A stretch of 64,000 bases of DNA from Leucoraja erinacea (Eukaryota). The stretch spans positions 1 through 64,000 of the forward strand of contig NW_026576938.1 in assembly GCF_028641065.1 (NCBI RefSeq), written 5' to 3'. Made by a program: the position numbers and the translations under genes. The notes under the pieces are model-generated. The model saw only the letters and a program-made list of their open reading frames with translations, was not told the DNA's origin and did no database searches. How positions within the stretch are numbered: position 1 is the first letter of the stretch; each line of letters opens with the position of its first letter. Positions 63,381-64,000 of the stretch are shown in pieces.

Positions 63381-64000
63381 ATGCCAGGATCCAAGGGGAC
63401 AGCCATCGGCATCGACCTGGGCACCACCTACTCCTGTGTCGCCGTCTTCCAACATGGCAAGGTGGAAATCATCGCCAACGACCAGGGCAACCGCACCACC
63501 CCCAGCTACGTGGCCTTCAACGACACCGAGAGGCTCATCGGCGACGCTGCCAAGAACCAGGTGGCCATGAACCCGTCCAACACCGTCTTCGACGCCAAGA
63601 GGCTCATCGGGAGGAGGTTCGACGACCCCGTGGTCCAGGCCGACATGAAGCACTGGCCCTTCCAGGTGGTGAGCGACGCTGGGAAGCCCAAGGTGAAGGT
63701 GGAATACAAGGGGGAGAATAAAACCTTCTACCCGGAGGAGATCTCCTCCATGGTGCTGACCAAGATGAAGGAGGTGGCCGAGGCTTACCTGGGCACCAGT
63801 GTCACCAATGCTGTTGTCACCGTGCCCGCTTACTTCAATGACTCCCAGCGGCAGGCAACCAAAGATGCCGGCGTGATCGCTGGTCTCAATGTCCTGCGTG
63901 TCATCAACGAACCAACTGCAGGTGCCATTGCCTACGGCCTGGACAAGAAGGGCAGTGGAGAGCGCAATGTCCTCATCTTTGACCTGGGTGGCGGCACCTT
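63381..64000 (+). CDS. hsp70: Heat shock protein 70, copy 4 (5' part; truncated by window end)
   Basis: ATG at 63381 starts [18 protein letters not shown]..., nearly identical to copy 2 and open to the window end. Confidence 0.95.
   Translation, partial: MPGSKGTAIGIDLGTTYSCVAVFQHGKVEIIANDQGNRTTPSYVAFNDTERLIGDAAKNQVAMNPSNTVFDAKRLIGRRFDDPVVQADMKHWPFQVVSDAGKPKVKVEYKGENKTFYPEEISSMVLTKMKEVAEAYLGTSVTNAVVTVPAYFNDSQRQATKDAGVIAGLNVLRVINEPTAGAIAYGLDKKGSGERNVLIFDLGGGT

Larger units (their letters stand above)
49420..64000 (+). repeat. Tandem segmental duplication, ~6.7-kb hsp70 units (~49420-56075, ~56075-62776, 62776-end)
   Basis: ATG-to-ATG spacing is 6665 and 6693 bp. Spacers are co-linear and carry the same TE fragments. 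Confidence 0.92.

Overview
Vertebrate genomic DNA; the repeat families (HE1-type tRNA-derived SINEs, CR1, Rex1/Babar-like, Penelope-like) suggest a cartilaginous fish, probably a skate or ray (inference). The left two-thirds hold three paralogous class IV TRIM genes (RING-B-box-coiled-coil-PRY/SPRY). TRIM-A (+) shows only its last three exons, TRIM-B (+) is complete (6 coding exons, 471 aa), and TRIM-C (-) is an inverted paralog whose SPRY C-terminus is replaced by antisense CR1 sequence. Their introns carry a deleted Gypsy LTR element, a 5'-inverted L1-clade LINE and nested CR1s, with empty sites visible in the paralog. The right third is a head-to-tail array of HSP70 genes with uninterrupted ORFs. 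One divergent copy has a CCAAT/CRE promoter with no intact HSE or TATA; three near-identical copies have HSE+TATA promoters in ~6.7-kb tandem units, the last running off the window. TRIM-B30.2 genes next to an HSP70 cluster suggest an MHC-related region. I found no clearly new biological system. All alignments and counts were done by eye.
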